Below are positions 1 through 11,944 of a stretch of DNA of 64,000 bases, piece by piece. Position numbers and translations under genes: made by a program. Within the stretch, counting starts at the first letter, position 1. Every line of letters starts with the position of its first letter. Under the pieces are notes generated by a model. That model was given only the letters and a program-made list of their open reading frames with translations, searched no databases and was not told where the DNA came from. The stretch comes from Macrostomum lignano. Taxonomy: Eukaryota. The stretch lies in contig NIVC01000384.1 in assembly GCA_002269645.1 (NCBI GenBank), positions 1-64,000 on the forward strand, given 5' to 3'.

Positions 1-40
1 TTCTGATTGTTCAGTCTCTAGTCCCATCTCGATTCTCGTG

Positions 41-300
41 CTGATTAATGAGTCTCAAATGACATCTCATCCTGATTAATGAGTCTCAAATGACATCTCA
101 TCCTGATTAATGAGTCTCAAATGACATCTCATCCTGATTAATGAGTCTCAAATGACATCTCATCCTGATCAATAAGTCTCAAATGACATCTCATCCTGAT
201 TAATGAGTCTCAAATGACATCTCATCCTGATTAATGAGTCTCAAATGACATCTCATCCTGATTAATGAGTCTCAAATGACATCTCATCCTGATTAGTGAG
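41..300. repeat. 31-bp minisatellite, ~8 copies (CTGATTAATGAGTCTCAAATGACATCTCATC)
   Basis: Unit read directly; period 31 (41, 72, 103...). Confidence 0.95.
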
Positions 301-516
301 TATGCAGTGAAATTTTATACCAATTAATGAGTCTGTAGCTTGATATAGCATCCTAATGAATAAGTCTCAAATGACAGATAGATATTATCTTTATGCCAAG
401 ACATGATTCAATTTATATACAATGTAGTCTTGCCTAAATACTTATATAACCCAGTATGCCATTGTCTTTAAAAGTTGGCATTATATAACCTGATAATTAA
501 GTCAATCAAAATTCAG

Positions 517-575
517 AAGTGCTGCTTGAAGGCGACCCGGATCTGCCCAATATCGGCATGGAGATTGAAGTCTGA
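517..575 (+). CDS. Probable terminal coding exon of a gene starting upstream of the window ((E)VLLEGDPDLPNIGMEIEV*)
   Basis: GC-rich island after the acceptor ATTCAG (AG 515-516). Phase-1 reading ends at TGA 573-575 with codon usage like the other exons. An alternative phase-0 frame to a donor at AAAG|GTATT is also open, so the frame is uncertain. Confidence 0.5.
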
Positions 576-2110
576 AAAGGTATTTACCTATGAATTTTCT
601 GTTGCGCCAAGTTGCTAACTTTTGAAGCGCATTACTAGTTAGAAGTTAATTTTGCGAATGCATTCTAATTTTAATTTTGCTATAAGCTTTCTCTGCACCT
701 GCTCTGTGCTAAAAGCCAATCTTGATTTTCCGTTTGAGTTTCTTTTTTCCTTATGCTTTCCGGATAAAAGCAGGCATCAAATTTTAATTTCAATGTACTT
801 TTCCTTATGCTTCAGGGATAAAAGCAGTTGTCAATTTTCATTTTGCCATTTCCTTATGCTTTCTGGTTAAAGCAGTGTATATTTGTACAGTTTTCATGCT
901 CATATATAATGTTGCTATTTATCCAACGCGGTTCATTAATCAGCACCCTTGCATTGTTTATATATTTATGCTTTGCAGTAAAAGCATGCACTAATGTGAC
1001 AATATTTAATCAATGCAACCATATTTATTAAATGCGATATGGTAAAACCATTATCTTACATTTTCATATGATTTTGTGCATCCCCTTCTCTGTAAACTTC
1101 TTAGCATGCAATCAAAGTGTAGAAGTATCCCATTTTCCTTATGCTTCTGGGAGAAAAGCAATCACTCTTGTAAACCTTCCAGTTTGATTAAAACTGAAGG
1201 TCCCTCCCTCTTTCTGCTATTTTATGAGCCCGCCATTTATGGGCCAATCTGTCTGTGCCCTATTTAGGTCAAGCGCCTTGGATCCAGACCTTGTCCTCAG
1301 CGGAGGGCATTTGAGATGACTTGACCCCTGCTCTTTGTTGAATTTTGCTCAAGCCTAGGAATGTTTTATGGGCAGCCAATTTAGGCTCCCTTTCCCAGTG
1401 CCATTTTGTGTGCCCTTGCTCCTGTAACTCCTTATGGAGCCCCAGTCGCTAAACTGTTCATTCAATATTATCTTAGTATGAAAGAGCTAGCCAATTGCTT
1501 CCACATTTTCTATCTATTTCAAGTTACTGTTTACGCGCTATTCAGCTATTCTAACTGCCAACCCATCTTATGTGAGCCGCTCAGGCACCCCATTCATTTC
1601 ATTTGATTTTGGACCCCCTTGCTGCATGGTTATCTGTTTTATTGCTTTTTTGTTTCATTTATCCACCATATCCCTGTGCGTACCCACCTTAGAGTGCATA
1701 CAAGTGGTGGCTAGTTCCTTTGGTTGGACCCCTCCCCTTTGTCTATCCAGTGGACAACCTTTGGAGTATTTAAACCGTGACTTGGCTTGGACTGATTTTT
1801 CTCATTGTAATTATTACTTGCGCTCATTGTTATCAATTACTATATTCTGCCAGCCAATTTTGTACAATTTCATATTGTTCCTATACATATCTTATATTTT
1901 TGCTTACCATATTTATTCCCCTTTTGCTTCCTCGAATATCATCTGTCTCTATCATGTACGACGACCCAATGTGGGGAGGCAAAGCTCCACCTAGACAGCA
2001 ACCGCTACTCAAGCTACTTGAGGAAGATGGAGTTCCAATGGGGCCAAATCCAAGCCCAGACCCATGGCCAGACCCCTTGCTTGACCGGGTTCGTGCTGTG
2101 CTGTCACCCC

Positions 2111-2755
2111 ATGCATAACGAGCTCGATGATATTGTGCGGCTCTTGGAGCTAGACTACTTGATGCCACCTTTGCCACTGGCTGACTGGCATGACGACACC
2201 AGCCAGAGATGGCCAGATGCCTAGCTCAACAACTCAGAGGCCCTGGCCGCAGCCGCCTTAGAGCCCACGCAACAATTGGTAGAGTTACTATACTAGGAGA
2301 TAGCGAGCGGCCTAGGATCTAAAGCTGCAAACAACTGTCAAAACTGGAGCAGCCTTGCCTGGCAGTTCCCGGCTCATGACATCATGCAGGCCCTAAAATC
2401 CACAGCCACACTCATTGGTAAGAGGCTGCAAAACTACACTCACGGCCAGCAGATTAGACCCTGCTGTAGTGTAATCTGCAAATATTTGAGCACCCAACTC
2501 ACAGGGGAGGCATTACCCCCCAAATTGAATACTTTTGCAAAAATGCCTGAATTGCCAGCTTGGCCAGTGACCAACCCCGGATTTCAAGAACCACCAACCC
2601 CAAGAACCTGGCCCGGGGCAACAAGGTGGCCGAGCAGCCAGCCACGGACACCAAGGACAAGGAGGCAGCGGCTGCTGCTAAAAGTTTTTCAACTGCCGGC
2701 TACCCCACGCATGTGGCAATTGGGTGCCACTAGTTTAGTTTTGAATTTTAAATAA
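2111..2755 (+). pseudogene. Degraded coding sequence of unknown family (possibly retroelement gag-like)
   Basis: ORFs 2018-2224 and 2384-2755 are in the same frame, joined through only two TAG stops (PDA*LNNSEALAAAALEPTQQLVELLY*EIASG...). GC-rich island in AT-rich flanks. Confidence 0.4.
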
Positions 2756-3961
2756 CCATTCATTTTAATAACCCTTTTACACTGCTACAAACATTAACTT
2801 TCTTGTCCACTTGCTGATTATTTTTTGTCATTTTTCTGTCAATTGGAGGTCTAGCAAATGTTTTTTTGTTATCCCATTCTATGGAAAAGCAGTTTCCCCC
2901 CCCCCCCGCTAGAATTTTGTTCAAAATTTTGTTTTATTTTTCATTTTTGCATGTTAGTAAGCCGTTCTATCCGTAGTATCCACACCCGGGACTTTTGGTC
3001 CGTTGGTGTGACCAGCAACTGCCCCACTCGTTGACTGCGACCTCCCTTATTAATACTTATATAGCCTATGATGTGCCGCCTAATGTTAGTTTTTTTCTTT
3101 TCCTGTGGTTTCTGTTTTCCTGTTTTTTGTTTTGTTCCCTTGTTTTGTTCTGCGTATTGCCAGTTTAGTTCAACTTTACTTTTAACTAGCCTTTCCGCAC
3201 TGGCGCCCGCAAATATCATCTTTGTTTTAAACATAATCTGTAGCAATAAGTTTATTTAGTAAAAGCATTATTAATTTTTTTTAATAAGCCTGCTGATTCA
3301 CTAATAAACAATACCTAATAAACTTCTATAGGACATAAAATAACCAAAGATCTCATCTCAAAGAAAACTCTGAGACTTATTCGTTCTATAATACATAATT
3401 TATGGTTGTAGCAGCAACTACCCTACTGAAAGTAACAAGCTTAGCAAATTGACACAGTAGCCTAATTCACAGTGTCAGGATTTCCGGTGCTCATCATCTA
3501 CTGAACAACCATGCTGCTTTTACAACCACTCCATTACAATTACGACTACTCTCCCCCTAGACTTGAAAACCCAGCTGTCGGAGTAAAACAGAAGATTTGT
3601 TAATTCAGTAATTTGTTGTGATTTGTCTGTGCAATTTTCTGGATTTATTTGTGCAAATGCAATACCAACCGGCTTTCAAAGAAAACCCAAGAACCAAATT
3701 TCAAATCAAATACCAATACCAATTTTTTTTTTTACTCCACCCCCACTTTATATAGGCCTACATTGACTAAAAATATCATTGACATTGTTTTAAAGGCAAT
3801 CCTACACTTCCGTTCGGTAAATTATTTTAACATTTGAATTCGTACCACCGAGTCAAATGACGTTGACATACATGCGCAACTTCTGAAATTACGCTGGCCG
3901 TGCGACTTAGTTTTTGATAAAAAATGCGACTTACCTATGAAAGAGCCAAGCAAAAACTTTA

Positions 3962-4030
3962 GGTAAACGGCAGGAGTAACTATGACCATATTCTTAAAGC
4001 TAAATGCCTCGCCAGCTAATTAGTGCTGCG
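3962..4030 (+). other. 28S rRNA-derived fragment (domain IV, R2 target region); not a functional rRNA gene
   Basis: GGTAAACGGCAGGAGTAACTATGAC...GCTAAATGCCTCGCCAGCTAATTAGTG matches the conserved LSU sequence GGTAAACGGCGGGAGTAACTATGACTCTCTTAAGGTAGCCAAATGCCTCGTCATCTAATTAGTG as recalled. Flanks are not rDNA. Confidence 0.8.
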
Positions 4031-4449
4031 TGCAGATTCCGCGTTTTTATAACAGCTAATCAGTATGTCATCTAGTGGCGGCATGAAGCAATTAGTAAAT
4101 TGTCAGTACAGTGTAGTGAGCATACTAAAAAGTCATGATTCATGAATGTCCAGAAGTAAGTGAAGTGAATACAGTGTGACCTATAGCTCAAGAACGATTT
4201 GCTAGACGATTTGGCATGGAAGATGAGAGCCCTGATTCAGATGGCTCATCAGATGCAGAATACGAATCCAGTAGAGATACAAGCTGTGAAAACCCACAGA
4301 TTTTTAAACCACTGAATTCTAATTCCCGGAACTATTTTTGCATAGATTCTAAATTTGAAGTCATGCTCAAACAAAAACTTGTTAGCAATTAGGAAAAAGG
4401 CAAAGATGGGAGTAATGCATGTTAAACTAAGATTTGAGGCCTTTGCAAA

Positions 4450-5120
4450 TTCTCTCCATTCCTCAATCTTCTCATCCTCTTTTTCTTTTCTCTCTCATCC
4501 ATTATCCCTTCTCTCTTTCCTCTCCTCTCTCCTCTCTTTCCTCTCCTCTCCTATCTCTTCTGTCTCCTCTCTACATTCTTATCTCTCCTCTCGTCTCTCT
4601 TCATTCCACTCTACTCTCTCATCTTATCTTCCCTTTCGTCTCTCTCCACTCTACTCTCTCATCTTATCTCTCCTCTCTTTTCTACTCTATCATCTCTCCT
4701 CTCTTCACTCTCTCTCATTTCCTCTTTATCCTCTCTTCTCTCATCTACTCTCTCCTCTTTCCTCTTTCCTCTCTTCTGATCTCATCCATCATCTTTTCTT
4801 TCCTCTTTCCTCTAATCTCCTCTTCTCTCATCTCTTTTTCCTCCCTCAGCTTTTCTCTCCTCTTCTATCTTTTCTCCCATCGCATCGCTCACCTCTCCTC
4901 TGTTTGCTTATCTCTAATCTTCTATTCCCTCTACTTTGAAGTAAGAAAATATGCACATATTTTTACTGAAGATAAGAGGAGAGAAGAGGGCATTGAGGAG
5001 AAAGGGTAGAGAGAAAGGGGGAGAAGAGAGGAGAGTAAAAATGAGAGGAGAGAGAAGAGGGAAAAGGGGGAGAGAGAGAAGAGGGGAGGCAAGGTAGAGA
5101 AGAAGAGAGAGATGAGAGTT
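4450..5120. repeat. CT-rich tract (4450-4935) and GA-rich tract (4970-5120) flanking a palindromic centre
   Basis: Polypyrimidine then polypurine on the same strand; centre AAAATATG-CA-CATATTTT at 4946-4963. Confidence 0.85.
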
Positions 5121-5364
5121 GAAGAGACACCAACCTTGCTAGTTAAGAAGTTTCAAAGAACCCGAGGGGCGAGGGCCAGATAGAGGGGCTTCGCGAGCCG
5201 GAGTTTGCCAACCCCTGCTCCAGAGTTTAAGAAATCAATGGGAAACTGTTGACGCGGGCTTCTGATTTCAAAGATCTTGTCTATGGTTGAAGGCTTCTAT
5301 TCTGTTTTTGCTCTCCTGCCACACTTGCACCTACTACCCCCTGATTGCCTCTGATTGTGACTTA

Positions 5365-5670
5365 CTTCCTTCTTATTGCGACTTAGTTGCTTCTTTTTGC
5401 CACTTACCTAATCCTTTTTGCGACTTACCTAATCCTTTTTGCGACTTACTTAATCTTACTTACCTAATCCTTTTTGCGACTTACTTAATCCTTTTTGCGA
5501 CTTACTTAATCCTTTTTGCAACTTACCTAATCCTTTTTGCGACTTACCAGTACCTAATCCTTTGCGACTTACCTAATCCTTTTTGCGACTTACTTAATCT
5601 TTTTTGCAACTTACCTAATCCTTTTTGCGACTTACTTAATCCTTTTTGCGACTTACCTGATTATTTTTAC
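5365..5670. repeat. ~21-bp minisatellite (GCGACTTACCTAATCCTTTTT)
   Basis: Unit read directly, ~14 degenerate copies. Confidence 0.9.
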
Positions 5671-7673
5671 AACTTAGTTTGCTTCTTTTGCGAATTGTTT
5701 TTCTTTTGCTTCACCATTTTCCCTGAACTGCTCTTTCTTTTGCTTTCCTCTTGCCTTTCTTGGTTCTTGTGTTTTTCTGTTTTTGGTTGACTCAATTTTG
5801 CGACTTACCCCTGGTCAGCCACGATTTACGGTGGCCGGATCGGCCAGGTCGGCCAGCAGTTGCGCATGTATGGACGTTGATTGGCATTGTGTCTATGGCC
5901 AAAAGTTTGAGCGAACAGAGTTTAAGGGGGTGTCAGTTTAAGGGAGCTGTTGCTTATGGGCTGCTTGTTTTTTTAGCTTCAATTTGGCGTTGTCTGTATC
6001 CCCAATGTCCATTTGGGGCTATCCTATACTGGATTGGACATTACTATCTATTGTAGACACTTTAATGACCTGCAGACACACTCTAAGTGACTATGCGCTC
6101 TAACAGACTGCTACCATGTTCCACTGTTTCAGTTTTGTTTGGTTACATTGTTATTTAACACGCCTGTTTAAAATTCAGTGTCAAAATAATTTACCGAACA
6201 GAAGTGTAGGATTGCCATTTTAAAAATATTAGGAAAATTTTTCTAATATATACTGATTAATATAGTAAACTAAAAAAATAGGCTGCAATACCAATTAAAT
6301 CATTTTAAATTTAAATTTACAATTATTGAATTATAATGAAAAACTTATTTGGCTTTTGACAAATCTGCCCTTAGTTAATCTCTCATTATCTCCATTGTCA
6401 AATTGATTAGCACCCCAAAAAATGCTAGGCCTAAGCCATAAGCCTATAAGCTACTCTAGTGACTAGTGTAGTGGTCAATGAAGACTTAAATTTTAAAAGA
6501 ATAGTTTGATTTTTGCATTCTTTTTAAAACTAAATATAACAAACTATAAAATAAAGCCAAAGGTAAATAAACTGCACCTTATTATTATAATCATGTTTAT
6601 AATTATAATTTAACTTTTTATAAAAACTCATTACTCGTATAGCCTAATAAATATCAAAACCTTGAAGCTTCTAGAATTCGAGGCTCATTTGGCATTCATT
6701 TTAAGCAATAATTTCATATTTCGCGCATGAATTATTTACATTTTATCTAAATAAACCTCATCATTTAAATAGAAAAATCATTTATTTCTTAGAGCCTAGC
6801 CTTCGAATGATCCTGGATCTTTAGAATCTTTAGAAGAATCTTGAGAATCTTTAAAGTAGAATCTAGATCTATATTTCCAAGAAAGGAAGCAACGGCCTAG
6901 CTCAATGATCAAATATGCGTAGGCCCTAAAATCTAAATTTTGGCTTCTAGATATGCATGTGTTGTATGTTTTTGGTTTTGTATAATTTTGAATATTTTCG
7001 CATCAGGTGCCTTGAATAAATACAATATTACTTCCTTTTGTTATGAACAATCTACTCGTATATACAACTTCCGGCAGTCTACACAGTTGACATTTGTTTG
7101 GAATTACATGTATGAAAACAAAATTCTGTAAAGATTTTTTTTCTAGGCTTAAATTGCATTGATCCTTGTATTAGTATCTGTATTAGAGCATGGGGCTACA
7201 TGGAGGTGGGCTATCATGAAAATATCAAGGACCACTGTATTATATAACAGTGGTCCTTGGAAAATATTCAAAACCTGTGAATTTGTACAATTGCATTCAA
7301 GTGAATGTACTTTCAAATCACGGTCATACGTCCTTCACTGTTGTTGTTGATCTGGAAAATGCAACAAAGATTAATCCTTAGTCTGAAAATAAACTAAAGG
7401 ATATAATGCGACTTTCTCACAGCTTTAATAATATATTATGTACGAGCGTTACGTAGTATATATAAACCATGTACATGCATTGTTAGCTGCTTCAGAGCTT
7501 CATGCCAAATACGTATGCCTGCGTATACATACGCATTACTGCAATCGTTACTCTCTGAGTAAGGTGTGTTAGTCATAGACGCACCGGGGTGCCGCTGTCT
7601 TAAGTCTCATGCGTCCTGCTGCTGTCTAATTAAGTCTCCGCCGCCATTTCTCACATTTTGCTCACCCGTCGCC

Positions 7674-10120
7674 ATGAGTGCCAACCCGAAGCGACTCAAC
7701 GTGCGCCAACTCAAGATTGAGCTGCTGCGAAACAGATCGAGGTCTGCCTACTACGGGCCGCAGCACTCGGCCTAGAGAGCAAGCTGACGAAGAATCTCCG
7801 AGATGATTTCTGCTCCGGACGCCGAGGACGGCATCGGCAGCGCGGGCGAGGCGCCCAGGTTCAAATCCTGGAAGGCTGTCATCGCGGGATCTTCAGCAAA
7901 AGCAATTCACACTCAGCAGCACTTGACGGCTCAGCCTCGGCCATCATCGGGTGAGCAAAACACCTACACATGCCGGTCTGCTGCAGTTTCCCCGAGGTTC
8001 TTGAATCTGGGATGAGGGAGGCCGCTAATAGTTGCCAGGCTCGCCAGGCTCGACTCGCAAGTTGCATCTGATCTGCAGAGACCACATAAATTCCCCCCTC
8101 AGCTGTACAACGTCACCCGTCAACGCACCCAGAAACATGCGGTTCACGTTCGCTAAGCAGCCCAGCAGAAAATCCCAGCGGCAACCAGGCCGATGTGTCT
8201 GCGCTTCAACTCCGAGTCGGGGTGCACCCGCCAGAACTGCAAGTTCCGCCACGTCTGCGAAATCCAAGGCTGCCTGGCGATATCGCATTCGGCCCATGCT
8301 CACACGCAGGCGCTGCACCCATCACTCACCGGACAGCTGTCGGGTCACGTGACCGGTGCGAGTGCAAACAACTGATGCCATTTTACCCAGCTGATTGCCT
8401 GATTTTAATACCGAATTTTCTGCTATTGCTTCTTTGCTGCTCATCTCGTCTGACCTGCATCCTGACGCCTGGAGTGTTCTGCTCAACGACGACACACAGA
8501 CCATGACTTTCTGATGCTGGGCGTTGTCTCACAAATTCTGGCCAACCGCCTTTGACTTCGTCCAAGAACCACGCCTCCGCCCTGCTGCACCGCTCTGTAT
8601 GCTGTGGCGCCGTTCCAAGTCCGACGGGCGGGTCCGCCTGATCCATGACCTGTCCTATCCGACCAGCCAGTCTGTCAACGACTGCTACGACCAACAGAAG
8701 CACATCAAGTACTGCACCGTCCAGCAGCTGGTTCGTCATCTCCTTACGGGACACTACATGGCTAAAATTGATCTCAAAAGCGCCTACCGGTCCGTGCCAA
8801 TCAGGCTTGCTAACTACGGGCTCGTAGGCCTCGCCTGGCGGTTTGACTCGGACAGCCAGGACAGTCTGCTCTGCGACACCAGGCTTCCCTTCGGCGCCAA
8901 AGCAGCTTGCAAAGTTTTCCACCGTCTTTCAGCCACTGCTACCAGGCACATGTGCACCGGCTTGGCTTTTCTGCTACGGGGAACTACCTGGATGACTGGG
9001 CAGGGGCTGGGAAATCCGAGTCCGAGGCTTTCGCTGCTTTCAATTGCCTGCTGGATATCTTGCAGCGCCTCGGCTTTACTATCAACTAGGACATGGTTTG
9101 CCGCTACCGGCACCAAGTCGCTGCCCGAGAAGAAGGCTCTCGAGGCGACGAAGCTGCTGACTCAGACCTGCTCGGAGACTCGGGGACTCGGAGACTCGCG
9201 TTCTGCTTAGAAGTTGATTGGCAAGCTTAGCTGGTTCTGTCAGATTGTCCCTCATGTCAGAGTCTTCCTGCGTCCTCTCTTCGCCTGCCTGACAACTGTT
9301 GTTGATGGCAAGCTTTGGGTGACCAATGAGACACGCGCCAACCTGTCCTGGTGGCTTAGAGCCTGGCTTGGCTCCCCCCCCCCCAGTTGCTTTGTGGCCG
9401 CGCTTTGACGAGGAGTTTGCCATGGAGACTGACAGGGGTGCCGAGAGTTTCTGGAGTGTCATCGACTGGGAGCTGGACTGCGGTGGTGTTTTCAGGGATG
9501 TTCATATCAACTTCAAGGAGGCTCTGGCACCTTTGCTGATAATCCTGCACCGTCGCTCTCAGCTGAACAACTGCAAAATTGTCACCTACACCAACAGCAC
9601 CGCAGCGGCTGGCATGATCAATCGGCTGAGCCGTCGTGACCCGCGGCTCCTGCAGGTGTACCAGATTGTGGCTCTGCTGTGCATCAGGAACAGCATCAGT
9701 TTGGAGGCCTTTCACCTGCCTGGTCGCATTCAGATTTTTGCTGATTTGCGGTCCTTCTCCAGCCTCCGAGCCTACGTCCACGTCGTCTCGTTTCAGTACC
9801 AAGCCACCGGCTTTATCTGGCTGCTGGAAGTTGGCCCTCCCAAAGTCCAAGGCCAACCAGTTCCGGTCGACGCCGCATGTTGTTCTTCTGCCACCTGTCC
9901 AAGAGTCACCGTTCTGCCCTGTGCGCGCCCTGCGGTCTCACCTGCCACGAGCCATCGACTAAGGACGCGGCTCTTTGGCTACGGCCTTCCAGCTGCGGGT
10001 TTCTCCGGCCACAGCATCCGGCGAGGGGGTGCCAGCTTCTGCCATCAAATCGGCTTGTCAGAATCGGACATTCGGGCCCTTGGAGGCTGAAGATCGGACG
10101 CTGTCGCACCGCCAGAGCTC
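7674..10120 (+). mobile_element. Degenerate tyrosine-recombinase retrotransposon (DIRS order, Ngaro-like): gag zinc finger, RT, RNase H, YR
   Basis: Domains in order: Cys/His knuckle CLRFNSESGCTRQNCKFRHVCEIQGC (8193+); RT GRVRLIHDLSYP...AKIDLKSAYRSVP...RLPFG and YLDD (8985-8996); RNase H HINFKEALA...MINR...FHLPG...ADL; YR tail FSGHSIRRGGASF...ALGG*RSDA. Several frameshifts and deletions. Confidence 0.9.
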
Positions 10121-10588
10121 CACTTCTTTTATGGCTTTGCAGCTGAACGCTGCATCCACCTAACTCTTGCTTTCCCTGCTTTTACTCCTTTCCCCCCCCC
10201 TTCGCTGAGGTTTGGATCCACTTTCTCGGCCGCTGACAACCTACGCTGCATGTAAAAACTTAGCCGCGACTGTAAAACAAAGATGCGTAGCAAAAAAAAA
10301 TACATAGAAGAGAAAACGGGATTATAAAAAGCAAAAACAATTTTTGTGTCTTTTATTTTCTCCTTTGTTATTCCATATAAGGCAGCACTGCAGTCGTGCA
10401 AGAAGCTACCAAACACAAAGTCTGGATGAATAATTTCCAAAAAATATTGAACAAGCAGTTAGTTGTCTCAGAGAAAAACAAAACTTCTGACCCTTTTTAC
10501 GGGTCGGGCGGCTTTCACGCAAAGGGATTTGTAAATGTCAGTTGGTGACTCGTCAATGCCATCCAACACGATCGTTCCGAGCATTTAA

Positions 10589-10872
10589 TTATTCCCTTTG
10601 CATTTTCATCGCCTGGTAGTTGGGGTCGAAGTACTTCGTCTCCCTGGCATCCTGCACTAGAGAGCACGGCAGGCAGAAAATAAATGACAGACAGTCTTTG
10701 CAAATGTTGCCCGGAATGTTTTGCTGCTCGCGAATTTTGGTGCGAATGAAGACAGCGAGGCAGATTGGGAGGAAAAGAAACCCGATGCCGCACAATGGGC
10801 AGCTTTGGTTCACCGCTTTGGCATTTTGTCCGTGAGTGTAGCACGGTAGAAACCAGGTGATAATGCATGTGC
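10589..10872 (-). CDS. PLAC8: PLAC8/cornifelin-family protein, exon 2 (GTCIITWFLPCYTHGQNAKAVNQSCPLCG...IREQQNIPGNICKDCLSFIFCLPCSLVQDARE...)
   Basis: Cys-rich motifs CIITWFLPC, R-x-KIR-x-x-x-NI-x-G and DC...FC-x-PCSL-x-Q; acceptor TTCCAG; joined CDS is 384 nt = 127 aa plus stop. Confidence 0.88.
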
Positions 10873-10987
10873 CTGGAATGCATTTGTGAACAGGTGGTAT
10901 AAACCACGCTACAGCTTAGTGACCACCCAGAGAAGGTCAAGCGGAGTAAGTGATCTTAATATACTAGTATAGAGAAACTGCACTTGC

Positions 10988-11087
10988 CGAATTCTTCGAA
11001 GCAATTAAATAGGCCGTGATGATACTCGCCCTCTGGACGAAGTGGCATTGGCTGTATTGGCTGCGTTGGCTGCGTTGGCTGCTGCAT
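10988..11087 (-). CDS. PLAC8: PLAC8/cornifelin-family protein, exon 1 (MQQPTQPTQPIQPMPLRPEGEYHHGLFNCFEEF)
   Basis: ATG at 11087; GEYHHGLFNCFEE fits the family N-terminal motif; phase-1 GC donor (G|GCAAGT). The symbol denotes the family, not a proven orthologue. Confidence 0.8.
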
Positions 11088-11944
11088 TGCGAATTCAGCT
11101 GATTGTTTTCAATCAAGCTCCTAGAATTTGTTAATTCGAGCTTTTTCCACAACAACTAACTCTAACTACTGCATGAGCAGCATAATTGAAGACCCTCTTT
11201 TTCAAAAGCACTCGGTTTTAGGCCATAGATATCTACATACCAAACATCCATAATAAGGCACTATATGCTTCTGAAAGTGCAGCAACACTATAGCAAAAGT
11301 GCGCGTAACCCACAAGTGTCTATGGGTGCGGCTGTACGAAACAGACTTGGTTTAGATAGCTGTAGAGAGAGTAAAACCGAGCTATGGACGCTTATATGAA
11401 TTAAGCCTAAAACTACACAAGGCTCTGCGAATTAAGATTGTAACACCATATAAATGTGTAAAAGCGTGCATTAAACGCTAAAATCGTGCTTAAATGGCTG
11501 GTGATCGCGTATTGCCTGGAGTCATTTACTGCACGAGAAATATATATCGTGTTACAATACTACTCAATACTTGGTTTTTCTTGCTTAAAACCAAGTATTG
11601 AGTCATATTTATATTCGTATTCTTTGCAGCGACTCTGCAGTTGACAATGTTCGGACACTAACTCATAAACACCCCGGCATTGAAGCTCATTGGATTTATA
11701 ATGCATATGTACACCAGGACTGTAAATAATTGCCAAAGAAGCTACTGTACCGGGCTCTAGGCAGTAGGCGCCTACGATTCTGCCCAAACCCGGAGAGATA
11801 CCCAGGAGATAAAAACACTATTACTCTGCTTTCAGTTCAAAAAAGCACCAAAGCAATCAAAGTGGTCTGTTTGCGTACAACACTCTCGGAGGCACTGAAG
11901 GCAGGCGTCCAGCCTCTAATGGTTCTGCTTCAGGTCGGTAGGCG

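Noticed and set aside
740-1162. CRISPR array (palindromic repeats with unique spacers)
   Set aside because: Eukaryotic context, no cas genes, few degenerate repeats and uneven spacers; kept only as a hairpin array.
3962-4030. Functional 28S rRNA gene
   Set aside because: Only ~70 bp, with substitutions in invariant positions and no rDNA flanks.
4355-5009. Ser/Leu-rich ORFs of 194 and 191 aa
   Set aside because: Artefacts of the CT-rich tract.
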